Translations under genes and position numbers: made by a program
Notes under the pieces: generated by a model
What the model saw: only the letters and a program-made list of their open reading frames with translations
Told to the model about the DNA's origin: nothing
Databases searched by the model: none
Part shown: one piece after another, positions 12,645 through 24,333 of the stretch
Layout of the letters: each line of letters starts with the position of its first letter
How positions within the stretch are numbered: position 1 is the first letter of the stretch
NCBI GenBank assembly: GCA_030167865.1
Contig: JALAGF010004023.1
Span: 1-64,000, forward strand
Direction: 5' to 3'
Source of the DNA: Craspedostauros australis
Taxonomy: Eukaryota
Length of the DNA: 64,000 nucleotides

Positions 12645-14569
12645 ATGTTCAGCAGCAGCAGCGGCAGTCAGCAGGCACAGAGCGGCGTGTCAGATCTCTT
12701 CTTGGGGGCCGGTGGATTCAGTGGCGCACTTGGGAACGGCTTCAGCAATGACTCGAACGCTCCGTCATCAGCAGTGGCCAACAACCCTGCAGGGTCAGGC
12801 ACGGCAGGAAGCACCAACACCCTGGACCTCAGCGACTTTCCAATGCTGGGTGGTGCTGCGCCTGGTGGTAGCAGCGCATCAAGCGTGTCTAGCAGTGGTT
12901 TGGCAGCAGCGCTGCGGCAGCAACAGCAACAACCGCAGCCGCAGCAGTCTCAACAGCAGCAGCAACAGTTACGGGCGCACCAGCAGATGTTACAGAGCGG
13001 AACGAACCAGCAGAATAACCTTTACCGGCAGGCGATGTCATCGGGGTCAAACGGAGGCAACTTCAACATGGCGACCGAGGACTTCCCCGCCCTGCCTGGT
13101 GCTCCACCAGCGGGATCCATTAACACGGCGGCGCCAACATCGTCTTCCCTGCTGATCGGAGGAGCTGGAGCGATCTCCAACAACGGAGGCATCAATTCAA
13201 ATCAAACAGGGGTAAACTTGGGAGGCGTGACCTCCACGTCGAGAACGATGAACGTCGGATCTTCAGGTCTCTACGGAAACGAAACAGCGGACGGAAGCAA
13301 CAACAACGGCAACAACACTGTCGGGGCACAGAAGGACATCAACGCATTGCTCGGCGGTGCCGGCCTTGGTGGAATCGGCAGCAACATCGGCGGCGGAGCA
13401 GGTGGTGCCATTGGCGGAGTTGTCGGCGCAGGACAAGTCGTCGGCGCCAACGGAGGTCTCGTCTCGCTGAGTTCGTTGCAGCATCAGCCGCAGTCACAGC
13501 AGTCAGCCTCCAACCAGCAGAAGTCATTGCAATCGTCAAGGGGGTCGAACACGTCGACAGCGCCGATAAGTAACGCAGCCGGAGGAGGCGGGTCGGGACC
13601 AGCCATCGGATCGGCCCTCAGCGGTGACTACGGTCTGTTAGGACTGTTAGGTGTCATCCGGATGACCGATGCCGATCGCAACTCGCTAGCACTTGGTTCT
13701 GATCCAACCATGCTGGGACTTAACCTTGGCACCGCTGATCAGATCTACCAAACCTTCTCGAGTCCGTGGGCTGAGAGCACAGCAACGAAAGAGCCGCACT
13801 TTCAGGTACGTCTATTCAATGGCACTCCTTCACATGACACGAGTTCATCGTACTCTACGGCATTGTGGCGCTATGGGTTGAATCGTTTTGGCTTCCGAGA
13901 CTTCTGACGCTTCTCACACTTGGCTCCTGTGCACATTTCATGACATGAAAAACTAACACTGTGTCACCCGTTGAACTGTGTCCCTGCATGCTTGCCTACC
14001 TCATGTTTGTGTTTTGCATCAATTCTTTTAACGTTGTGCACCGACTGATCACTCGAATCACATGCATGCTGCGCGACCCAATGCAAACCAAATCGCCTGA
14101 ATACATACCTTCATCCGTCACCGTCGTCGCTATCACTGGCACCATTGCAACAACGACAACGCATCATGCACAAAACACGCGTCATGTACGACGCATCACG
14201 CTTCGCACACAACAGCTGCCGTCATGCTACTTCATGCAACCGCCTGCATTGAAGACAGGTCATCTGTCGAAATTTCAGTTGGAGACGCTGTTTTACATCT
14301 TCTACGCCTTCCCGAAGGACGTCCTGCAGGCCTACGCGGCGCAGGAACTGTACACGAGGGAATGGAGGTACCACACGGATCTGAAACTGTGGTTCAAGCG
14401 CGCCGGTCCAACAGACGGCGTGGCGACATCGAGCGGCAGCACGCCACAATACCTCTACTTCGACATCAACTCGTGGGAGAGGCGTGGCTTCAATGGAAAC
14501 ATGAATCAGAACTTCACAAGCGGATTCCTCTCCGAGGATGACGTGCGAGTGCAGTTCCCAAGTTCCTAA
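12645..14569 (+). CDS. CNOT2: CCR4-NOT complex subunit NOT2 (NOT-box protein), 2 exons (12645-13805, 14216-14569)
   Basis: LDLSDFPMLG and FNMATEDFPALPG motifs, then YGLLGLLGVIR...LALGSDPTMLGLNL...FSSPW, spliced to LPSCY...FQLETLFYIFYAFPKDVLQAYAAQELYTREWRYHTDLKLWF (NOT2/3/5 domain). Confidence 0.92.
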
Positions 14570-15280
14570 TGTGCGACGTCGAAAGTATCGGCGATGCTCT
14601 ACCGCGGAATCAACAGTTTTGTCCCTGCTTGGCGTCGGCGACCTCTCCTAGGCCAGCCAGCGCCAGGTGAAGACATCTGAGAAAGCGAATGGGGTTTGGA
14701 TGAAATGACGGAATGAGTTCTCGCGAAGTTACACTGACTACTGCATCGATGACCAATTTACAACTTGAAGCAAAGTGACGCAAAGGGTTGGTGAAGGAAT
14801 CATGGAACTTATGGTCAGGGCGTTGGCACGCCAAGCACCAGGACGGTACCACCGAAGCACCATACATTCGTTTCGTCGGTGGTGCCGATTCCGTACTCAT
14901 ACCTACGCTTGTGCGCGCCAATGTGATGCCATATTACGTGATCACCACGACACAACAGCCATCAGTCCTTTACTTGCTTCGTTGGAGCCAACGCATGCAC
15001 ACTCCGCGATCTAGTCCCTTTCTCCCTTTCTCTGTCTCCGAAGACCGACAGCAACAACGCCGATAGAACACAACACTGGAACTCGAAGAGCCCAAGGAAC
15101 TGATAACAACAAAGACAATAACCTTCGAATGAATGATGAACGACGAATGGATGCGTGCCTGTGTTGTGTATTTGTGTAGGTGCGGATGTACTGCTGTGAT
15201 GGAACTTCCCAGAGCAGTCTCTGTCGAGAAAGATAGAGAACACGACCGCAGGCCGCGGCAGGAAGAGGAACATGCAGCGA

Positions 15281-15325
15281 TGACGTCACGACACGTTCCT
15301 GTTCCATTTCTGTCTGCTGACGTCA
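15281..15325. promoter_or_regulatory. Two palindromic TGACGTCA (CRE/CCRE-like bZIP) sites upstream of SHMT
   Basis: TGACGTCA at 15281-15288 and 15318-15325, about 300-350 nt upstream of the SHMT ATG. Confidence 0.5.
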
Positions 15326-15629
15326 TCATGTTGTCGACAACATCAAAATCTCGTCAACAACAACACGAAACAACGCGACAAACCCAAACAACGATCCCAC
15401 GACTACCACACCACACCACAGTCACAACATCAACATCAACGACCTTCTTCACTTCTGTGTATGACCGCTCCTTGTATCCTTCGTCACAGACCAACACAAC
15501 GAATCACAACAACCGACAGCGCACACAAGGGCAGTGTGGAGTGGATCAATTTTAGGATCTCTCGACGACAAACTCACAATCACAATCGCAACCAAAGCAA
15601 CTGCCACTTTCGAGATCCAACTCTTCAGA

Positions 15630-17660
15630 ATGCTGTCCTTCCGATCCGCCATCGTACCAATCGTTCGCCGCAGCGGCCTCCGCACGTTCTCCGCAGGATC
15701 CTCGTCCGCCGGCGAAGCCCTCAACAAGCCGCTGATCGAGCAAGATCCAGAACTGTGCACGCTCATTGAGCAGGAGAAGGCCCGCCAGCGCAACAGCCTC
15801 GTCCTCATCGCCAGCGAGAACTTCACCAGCAAGGCCGTCCTGCAGGCCCTGGGGTCCGTCTTGTCCAACAAGTACAGCGAAGGCTATCCAGGTGCCCGTT
15901 ACTACGGGGGCAACGAGAACATCGATCAGGTCGAGCTGCTGTGCCAAAAGCGCGCGCTCGAGGCATTCCAGTTGGATCCAGAGGAATGGGGCGTCAACGT
16001 GCAGTCCCTTTCCGGATCGCCTGCCAACTTTCAGGTGTGTTGTGCTTGTGGTGTGGTGTGGTGTATCCTGTGTATTTGAGGTGGTTTGTTGGATGGAGGT
16101 TTGCGACCTGAGCACTTGTCGGGAGATTCTATGGAACCGATATTTCCATGGATGGATAGATAGATAGATAGATGGAAGGAACGAAGGAAGGAAGATGGTG
16201 CACGATGTGCGCAATGGTTTCACATCATACTGTGTTCCAAGATATTGTGGCTCTTGACCTCGCCATGATCATTGGCAAAAAAGTGACCTGCTGCGTAGCC
16301 CGTGCCAATCGCCTTCCGTGGATGGCCGCCATTTCATCGAAGACGCAGCTCAGATGAACTCCTCTCACACAAAAAGCATCTACTCTACCATACTCTTGTG
16401 CTCCATCAATGTTCCAACAAACCCTTCGCATGACCGGGCCTTGGCTTGTATTGCGTGGTGTTACCTTGCGTCGTCACACTCGTGCGACACATTGCATCGG
16501 GATGACCATCGCTCTGGCAAAACACAAACAAATGAAATGAACAGGTCTACACAGCTCTGTTGGAGACGCATGATCGCATCCTCTCGCTCGACCTTCCACA
16601 CGGAGGCCACCTGTCTCATGGATTCCAAACACCCAACAAGAAGATCTCCATGGTCTCACGTTACTTCGAATCCATGCCATACCAGCTCGATCCGTCCACC
16701 GGACAGATCGACTACGACCAGATGGAGAAGAGCGCGCAGCTGTTCCGACCAAAGCTCATCGTTGCCGGTGCCTCCGCCTACGCTCGACTGATCGACTACG
16801 AACGCATTCGCAAGATCGCCGACAGCGTCGGTGCCTACGTCATGGCCGACATGGCCCACATCTCCGGTCTCGTTTCCGCCGGCGTCATCCCATCCTGCTT
16901 CCCATTCGCCGACGTCGTCACGACCACAACGCACAAGAGTTTGAGAGGACCACGAGGTGCCATGATCTTCTACCGCAAGGGCCAGAAGGGAACCGACAAG
17001 AAGGGCAACCCCATCATGTACAACCTCGAGGACAAGATCAACTTCTCCGTCTTCCCCGGCCTCCAGGGTGGCCCGCACAACCACACCATCGGCGCTTTGG
17101 CCACCTGCCTCAAGCAGGCCGCCACGCCCGAATTCGTCGAATACCAAAAGCAGGTGCTGAAGAACTGCAGCCGCCTCGCAGATGAGCTGAACAAGCTCGG
17201 TTACAACCTGGTGAGCGGCGGCACCGACAACCACCTCGTGCTGGTGGACCTCAAGTCGTCGCGCAAGATCGACGGTGCCCGCGTCGAGCGCATCCTCGAG
17301 TTGGCCTGCATCGCCACCAACAAGAACACCATCCCAGGCGACAAGTCGGCCCTCAACCCAGGCGGCATCCGCATGGGTGCACCAGCCCTGACCTCGCGCG
17401 GATTCGCGGAGGAAGACTTCGCCAAGGTCGCGCACTTCTTCGATCGCGCTGTCACCATCGCATGCGATCTCAAGGCCACTGAGAAGGGCGCCAAGATGAA
17501 GGGATTCCGCGAGATGTGCGCTCAGGGACCATCCGTGCATGCCGATCTGCCGCAACTGCGCAAGGAGGTGAACGATTTCGCGTGCGCATTCCCAACGATC
17601 GGATTCACGGAAGACGAGATGGCCTTCGAGGGTGAATACAACGTGGACTTTGTCGCCTAG
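15630..17660 (+). CDS. SHMT: Serine hydroxymethyltransferase, probably mitochondrial, 2 exons (15630-16034, 16545-17660)
   Basis: [50 protein letters not shown] (PLP lysine), GGTDNHL. Arg/Ser-rich presequence [21 protein letters not shown]. Confidence 0.97.
16150..16194. repeat. (GATA)n/(GGAA)n tetranucleotide repeats in the SHMT intron
   Basis: ggatggatagatagatagatagatggaaggaacgaaggaaggaag. Confidence 0.7.
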
Positions 17661-18383
17661 AGGACGTGACTCGTCACGGGCGGCTTCATTCGAATCTCTA
17701 TCGCATCGTACCCGCACAGTGATGATGCAATGTGTCTGCGATAACATCGAAACGAGATTCTAGCGAAGGCGGCCAGAACGAAGGAAGGCACAACAATGCT
17801 TTCCCGGTACCTCCATAAATCCTCGACTGCGGACTACTCGCATGACGGCACATCAACAACACCATATAATTGTAATTCCACCACAACTACAAGTACATAT
17901 AATCCATGCAAGAACCATGCAGCCACAGTTATCTAGAATACCAGCATGCACTCTGATTGTTTGTGCTCTACGTACAACTATAGATGCCAACATCACTCCT
18001 ACTCGTGCCAGCGGCAAGTAGGTACCGTGAACAAGACACAACGTGTTTCCAAGATCGCCAAAAATCTTCGACCCACGATGACCCATAACCCAACCAACCA
18101 ACTGGAATGGAAACTCTTTTTGCTTCTTTGGCTTCGCCCATTCCCCTCCAAATCACACCGACAAGCGAGGAACTTCATCGACTGAGGCAGCCACAATCGC
18201 AACCGCAACAACACCAAGAGTGCGTCTCAGCTTGCATCGCGTCCCATTGATCATACTCTGTGGATTCATCGACAGATCAATCCATCGATCGATCACTGAG
18301 TTTCAGAGCGTCACAAGAGACCAAGCTTCGCCTTCGTGCTTGGCACTTTGATTGTTGAGAACGACAGCAGAAAGCCGGCAATC

Positions 18384-20141
18384 ATGGGAGACCAGGATGT
18401 CGCAATGACGTCCGCGGATGAGCCAAGCAGTCCGACGGCTGCAGTCGCAACATCAACAGGGGAAGCGGCATCAACAGATGCAGTAGCAGCAGTGGATGCA
18501 GAGATGAAGGAAGACGGTGCAAGCACCAATGATGCCACTGGCGATTCCACTGGTGATGCAAACAACGATGATGACGATGACAGCGTGGATTCAGAAGACG
18601 ATGACACAACCTCGACGGACTCTTCGGACGACGATGACGACGACAAGGCAGCCCCCAAGGAGGATCCGGAGCTCCTCCTTCTCAAGGCCGCCAACCACAA
18701 GGAGGCCGGCAATGGATTCTTCAAGGAGAAGGACTTCGAGAAAGCCGCACGATCCTACCGCCGCGGCGTCAACGCGCTCAAGTCGCTCAACAAGGCCAAC
18801 ACGGGCGACGATCAGGTCAAGGCCTTGCTCATCTCCCTGCAGACCAACCTCTCCATGATGTGCTTCAAGATGACCAAGTACAAGCAGAGCATGACGGTGG
18901 CCTCGCGCGTTCTTCAGATTGATGCCAACAACGTCAAGGCGCGGTACCGTCGTGCCGCTGCGCATCGCAAGCTGGGCAATTCCGACGAAGCGCGTGCCGA
19001 TCTCAAGGAGGCTCTGCGGCTGGATCCAAACAACATGGCAGTTAAGAAGGAGCTCATGTCCCTCAAGAAGGAGGTGGAGGCCGCCAAGAAGGCGCAAAAG
19101 AAGGGTCTGCAGAAGGCATTCGCGGGCAAGAGCGGAAGCTTCCTGTATGACGACAAGGAAGAGGAGAAGAAGCGCAAGGAGGCAGAGAAGAAGCTCGAAG
19201 AGCAGCGCAAGAAGGAGGCAGAGAAGAAGCGCAAGGTGGATTGGGAGAACGAATGCGTCAAGCGCATGGCACAAGGTGAGCAGGCCATCTCCTACGAGGA
19301 TTGGGACAAGGAACGCAAGGCGGCGGAGAAGAAGGCCAAGAAAAAGCAGGAGAAAGAGGAGAAGCGCCTCGAGGCGGAACGACGGAAGGCGCGCAAGGCA
19401 GCTTCCGCTGCGGCCAAGAAGGATGATAGCGATTCAGATGATGACAAGCTGACGGAGGCCGAGCTGGCGCAGTTCCGCGGATACAAAAAGACAGCCGATG
19501 GTCGTGTCACGAGCTACTTTTCGCGTGAGCAGTCGGAGCAGGAGAAAAGCCTGATCGGCAGCATCGCACCCAAACGGTTGGAGAGCAATGTCAGCGACGA
19601 CAGCTTTGACAACAACAACAACGACACTGAGGCATCCCCTAGCGCTGCATCTGGCGGTGCCGCATGCGCAGCAACACCATCGGGCGGTGCAGCGAAGGGA
19701 TCCGCCTGGAACCAGGCAGGGACATGGGAAGAAAAGGACACCACCGATTGGTGTCGCAAGCAGCTCAAGGCACGTCTCAAGCAGACCAAAGCCGAATCCG
19801 ATGACAGTGTCGTTGCCCAAATCACCAAAGTCAAGGACATGAAGGGGGATGCCTCCGTCGCGGTTGTCAGTGCCAAGAAACGTTACATCTTCGATTTCCA
19901 TTGCCAGTTGGAGTTCCAAATCACCAAAACAGGTGACGATGATGTCCTGGCCAGCGGTACCTTGCATCTGCCTGATATCTGCAGCACGCATCATGAAGAA
20001 TTGGAGGTCACCATCCAGGCATGGAAGGAATCACCGTCACCCGAGCATCAAGCATTGGCGACGGAATCTCGCCTGGCGTTATGTTCTGAAGTTCGGGAAA
20101 GCGTGAAACTGTGGGTACAGGATTTCAATCAGATGTATTAG
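18384..20141 (+). CDS. TPR-repeat protein with C-terminal Aha1 N-terminal-like domain (putative Hsp90 co-chaperone)
   Basis: Acidic N-terminus; TPR motifs KEAGNGFFKEKDFEKAARSY, NLSMMCFK and NVKARYRRAAAH...ALRLDPNN; coiled coil; then SAWNQAGTWEEKDTTDW...KGDASVAVVSAKKRYIFDF, which resembles Aha1_N. Confidence 0.8.
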   Translation: MGDQDVAMTSADEPSSPTAAVATSTGEAASTDAVAAVDAEMKEDGASTNDATGDSTGDANNDDDDDSVDSEDDDTTSTDSSDDDDDDKAAPKEDPELLLLKAANHKEAGNGFFKEKDFEKAARSYRRGVNALKSLNKANTGDDQVKALLISLQTNLSMMCFKMTKYKQSMTVASRVLQIDANNVKARYRRAAAHRKLGNSDEARADLKEALRLDPNNMAVKKELMSLKKEVEAAKKAQKKGLQKAFAGKSGSFLYDDKEEEKKRKEAEKKLEEQRKKEAEKKRKVDWENECVKRMAQGEQAISYEDWDKERKAAEKKAKKKQEKEEKRLEAERRKARKAASAAAKKDDSDSDDDKLTEAELAQFRGYKKTADGRVTSYFSREQSEQEKSLIGSIAPKRLESNVSDDSFDNNNNDTEASPSAASGGAACAATPSGGAAKGSAWNQAGTWEEKDTTDWCRKQLKARLKQTKAESDDSVVAQITKVKDMKGDASVAVVSAKKRYIFDFHCQLEFQITKTGDDDVLASGTLHLPDICSTHHEELEVTIQAWKESPSPEHQALATESRLALCSEVRESVKLWVQDFNQMY

Positions 20142-20462
20142 GATTAGAGCGGGTGCAGGCAAGGTAGCGTAGATCTCCTTGGTCTTCGGTCTTGGTAGGT
20201 ACGAGTCAGTATGGTAGGGAGGACGTAGGTACTCATACTCAACTTTAATTAGAATAACAGGCGAACTGTACATAGCAGAGCAGAGTACTGAGGGAAGTGC
20301 ATACATGGGGAATCGTCGTGGTATACTGTGTAATGTCGTGCTCTATTTCTTAACTCCACAGTATGGTAATCGCATTTGATTGATAGAGGGACTCAATCCT
20401 ATTCATCATAGGATGATGCGTTGATCGTCCTATCTACCATCACACTGGTAACGACACATTAC

Positions 20463-23400
20463 TCACGCCGCTGTTTGATACGGCACGGCGACATCTTCCT
20501 GCTCGTCATCATCTGGAACGTCCATGAATTCTTGCAAATCCGTCGTGATGTTCTTGTTGAGGAACAGATGATCGATCGTAGCGTACCCAATCACGGCATT
20601 GACGGCCAACCAGCCACCCACCAAGGCGCCACTCAATGACTCGCCCACGGTCAGATCGGATCCCGCCACGTACAGGCCAGGATACGGGGTCTCGGGTCGC
20701 ACACCCTTGGCCGCGTACCGTTCTGGCGTGTGGCTCAGTCCGCGGTGCAGCGGGCCGATCAGCTGGGCGTGCGCCAACTTGCCCTGCAGCTGTGGGTAGA
20801 TCTGGAACAGATCGCGTTTGACGCGCTCCATGAGGCGCTGGTAGTCGCCGCCGGTGGATTTGTTCTTTTGGATGGCGAAGAGCTTGGGTTTGGTATCGAA
20901 GGCAGTGACGAAGTCATCGTCGGCTTCGATGGTGACCACGCACGTGGAGACGTCGCCATGGCGGGTCGCGAAGGATGGATCCTTGGCGGATGGGAAGGAT
21001 ATCTGAAGGTAGGAAATGCCGGTGTCGAATTTGTTACGCCGTTGCCGTTTTGGCTTGGACAACGATGACGACGATGCGATCGCATTTGCTTTGTCAGTCT
21101 TGGATCGTGTTGCTGATGAAACATCAGCCGTCTGCGGATTGGCATCATCGGACTTGGTTTGGTCGCTGCTGGATGCCTTATCTTCGCTGTCGTCCTTGTT
21201 GACGGCTTCGACCGTCACTTCTTCGTTGCCATCTGTGTGTTCGTTGCTCCAACCAATCTCGCCCAATCGAATTGCACCATTCTCATCCACCGTGTCCTGC
21301 GCAAGTCCGGCGTTGGGAAGGCGGTAGTAGTCGGCACCGGTGATGTTCAAGTCCTGCGCTGATCCGTTGAGACCGAACATGATCTTGAAGACCGGACGCC
21401 GTTCCGCCAAGGCAGGCAGTCCGCGTGGAACCTTGTACTTTGTGCGAATGTGGTCGGGCAGCAAGCGGATGAAGGTGGTGATGAGACTGTGGGTGGAGAT
21501 CACGACTGGCTCGATGCCGTTGTTCTGGCGTGTCGCGTCGAATTTGAGTTCCTGATCCTGCATCTTGACACCGATGCATCGTGGCGGGACGACGGTCTCC
21601 TTGCTGTCATCGGATGTCGTGGCAGCTGCCGCTTTTGGATCTTCCGGTGCAAAGAGAAGCTCCGTGGCTGATGCGCCGGTAACGACCAATCCACCGGACT
21701 TCTCAATGACATTGGCCAATGCGTGGCACAGCGCACGCGGTCCGCCAACGGGATAATGCATGCCTTCTCCGCTCATGACCGATGAGATGTTGGTGATATG
21801 CGCGCCCATGCTGGTCATGCTGGGTTTGATGTTCTCGCCCTTCATGCCGATGGCCGCCATGAGGGATCGCGTGTGAGCGTTGGCAGGGAAGCACTTGTCG
21901 AGGAATGCCCCGGCGTATCGGATGGCGGCATCATGGTAGGAGGAGTTGCTGCGCATGTCGTTGACGTTGTCGGCCAGGAGCTTGGCGAGGAAGAACTGGT
22001 TGGAGGAGTTGTTGACCTCCTCCATGCCCTTGACGTAGGTGCCGGTGGTGGACTTGCCAATCTCACCGTGAATGCCCGGCCAACCATCGGCCAGGAACTG
22101 CGCCGCATCTTCCATCAGACTGCGAACGCCATCACCTCGCAGCACGAATGGGAGGTCGTCACCAGCAGCACGAGCACCATTGGCACCCATTCCAGGCACC
22201 GACAAGATTTCGAAGGCATATCCGTCCGATGGCGATCCGATCTTGGCAAAGCGGATTCCACCTTGACAGTCGGTGTTGGTGCACAGTGCCGGAGCCAGGA
22301 GCCTCTGCTGTTTGGATATCTTGGACATATTGGTGGATTCGACGTCGAAGGGTACATTCTCGAACGCCTTCATCTCTTCGGGCTGACCACCGCTGACTGT
22401 GAAACATCCGGAGGCATCAGCGCGCGGCGACAGCACCACGACCCTGCGGCCAGCACGCGACAACAACGATCCCACGAAGAGCGGTGTGGGACCGGAACCA
22501 AGAATGATGGCATCGTAATCCGCTGCATCCAGCTTGCCCACTTCCGTGATGGGAGTTCCCACCGGTCGGCATAGAATATCGTTCTTTGCTTTGTCCTCGG
22601 CGCTGCCGTCGCCATCGTCGCCGCCATCACCATTGTCCTTCTCAATGTTGTTGTTGGTGTCATTGTCCGTAGCTTCCACGGCATAGTAGGAATCCGTCAA
22701 AGGCACGAAAGACTTCATGGAAGACAGAGGACGCTTGCGACGCCTTTCCAACAGACCGTGCCAACCCGCCACCAAAACGACCAAAGCCCATGGCTGCAAT
22801 CCGATGAGGAAGAAGAGCGCCGCCAATGTGAGCACCTCCCACTGCATTTTGCCACGGTACATCATGAAGAGAATGACCACCGCCGTCGAGCGCGGAATGG
22901 GCGGCTTGCTTTGTCGCAAGGGGCTGAAGTACCCAGTGGCGTACTTGCGCTGCATGGACCTGACGAACTGCTCCAGCTCTGGGTGATTCGTGACGAAGGG
23001 TCGGAAGATGCCGTACTTTTCATCGAGCATGCGTTCGAATTTGGCCGCCTTGGCATGGACCTTCCAAGCGCCCTGCTTGCTTTGGAAGTGCTCAGTGGTC
23101 TGATCGAGCATCTCCTCGAGTTCTGTCAGCCAATGTTCGGAATAGTAGAGCGGACGCGGTGGCTTAACTGGCTCATCCATGTTTGCTTTCACGTTCGTGA
23201 TGGTGCCATCGGCATCCACATCCACATCAACCTCCGCAGAGTCCTGCTCGGTCATGTTGTTGTACTGCGCCAGGAGATCATCGTACTCGACCAAATCCGA
23301 CGCGTACGTCTCGAGGGATTCACGCGCCAGCCTCAGGATCTCGGGGCCAAAGTAGGTGGCGATGTAATCGGGTGACAGCTCGCCCACCACGCTTCCCGAC

Positions 23401-23483
23401 GAGCAATGCTTGGGCTTTCCATTGGCACCGACAGTCTTCTTGACCTCGCCGCGTCTCTTGCGATCAGGCCTTCCCAGTCTCAT
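20463..23483 (-). CDS. Retinol saturase / carotenoid isomerase-like FAD oxidoreductase with N-terminal membrane extension
   Basis: 1006-aa single ORF. Rossmann-like DAIILGSGPTPL...AGRRVVVL, YPVGGPRALCHALANVIEKSGG, FPSAKDPSF, GLSHTPERY...RPETPYPGLYVAGSDL. Hydrophobic helices at about aa 200-245. Confidence 0.75.
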   Translation of the reverse strand: MRLGRPDRKRRGEVKKTVGANGKPKHCSSGSVVGELSPDYIATYFGPEILRLARESLETYASDLVEYDDLLAQYNNMTEQDSAEVDVDVDADGTITNVKANMDEPVKPPRPLYYSEHWLTELEEMLDQTTEHFQSKQGAWKVHAKAAKFERMLDEKYGIFRPFVTNHPELEQFVRSMQRKYATGYFSPLRQSKPPIPRSTAVVILFMMYRGKMQWEVLTLAALFFLIGLQPWALVVLVAGWHGLLERRRKRPLSSMKSFVPLTDSYYAVEATDNDTNNNIEKDNGDGGDDGDGSAEDKAKNDILCRPVGTPITEVGKLDAADYDAIILGSGPTPLFVGSLLSRAGRRVVVLSPRADASGCFTVSGGQPEEMKAFENVPFDVESTNMSKISKQQRLLAPALCTNTDCQGGIRFAKIGSPSDGYAFEILSVPGMGANGARAAGDDLPFVLRGDGVRSLMEDAAQFLADGWPGIHGEIGKSTTGTYVKGMEEVNNSSNQFFLAKLLADNVNDMRSNSSYHDAAIRYAGAFLDKCFPANAHTRSLMAAIGMKGENIKPSMTSMGAHITNISSVMSGEGMHYPVGGPRALCHALANVIEKSGGLVVTGASATELLFAPEDPKAAAATTSDDSKETVVPPRCIGVKMQDQELKFDATRQNNGIEPVVISTHSLITTFIRLLPDHIRTKYKVPRGLPALAERRPVFKIMFGLNGSAQDLNITGADYYRLPNAGLAQDTVDENGAIRLGEIGWSNEHTDGNEEVTVEAVNKDDSEDKASSSDQTKSDDANPQTADVSSATRSKTDKANAIASSSSLSKPKRQRRNKFDTGISYLQISFPSAKDPSFATRHGDVSTCVVTIEADDDFVTAFDTKPKLFAIQKNKSTGGDYQRLMERVKRDLFQIYPQLQGKLAHAQLIGPLHRGLSHTPERYAAKGVRPETPYPGLYVAGSDLTVGESLSGALVGGWLAVNAVIGYATIDHLFLNKNITTDLQEFMDVPDDDEQEDVAVPYQTAA

Positions 23484-24333
23484 CTTTGTCCTTGTGGTGC
23501 ACTACCGCAATGCTTGGACGAACGTGTGCAAGTCTGAAAAGTGTAGCAGTAGATGAAGAGGTGAGGATATATTTATTGTGTCGACGTGCCCATGTGTCGA
23601 TGTGTTGATGTGTTGATGCGTGGTGCAAGAACAAGGCAGAGCGGAGAGTGGAGGGTTTCCAGGACACGCAGACAGCCTTGATGGTTGCGCAGCGTGTTCT
23701 TGTTTCAGTGTGGTGGTGGCAGTTTTGTGGCGACGGACCTCACCGTTCCAGGTGTAACACGGTTCGGAAAGTCTGTGTTCTCTTTGAGTCAATCGACTAC
23801 ATCACCAACCAACAGGATCACATGAATCAACAATCAATGAGTCTTGTATCATACGAATCACGTTTTCTACACAATTTCTCCTTGGTTCTGAACAAGTCCT
23901 TTACAGACACACAAACGTCAGTCGACAAAAAGATTCTCGTGACAAACACCACAGAACAATGAAAGATTTGCGTTGTTGTCGTGCGTGGTGATGCCAACGA
24001 ACGTTTTCGCAGTTGGGATGCAGTGCGTTGTCGTGTGACGGAGGGTGTTCGCGACTTGTCCAACCAGCGTTCGTCCCGTTTGTCTGACACCCAGATGCTG
24101 TCTCTCATCGGTGTTTGTGGGTGTGATTCCAACGTGTCTGTGCTGCCGACCACCACCCAGACGATAGCCGATCACCTCCCAGCGTTCGTGGTGGAGACAT
24201 CAACGAATGTGACCTCCCTGGCGTCCGCACCCACTTCAGCTCGCAGCTCACACTTCGCACTCGACGGCGCTCCATCCCACAAATCCACGTGCTCCACTCC
24301 ACTATACTCTCACACACTCTCTATACCTGCAAG

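Noticed and set aside
16656-17747. 363-aa ORF antisense to SHMT
   Set aside because: Codon-bias shadow of a conserved gene.
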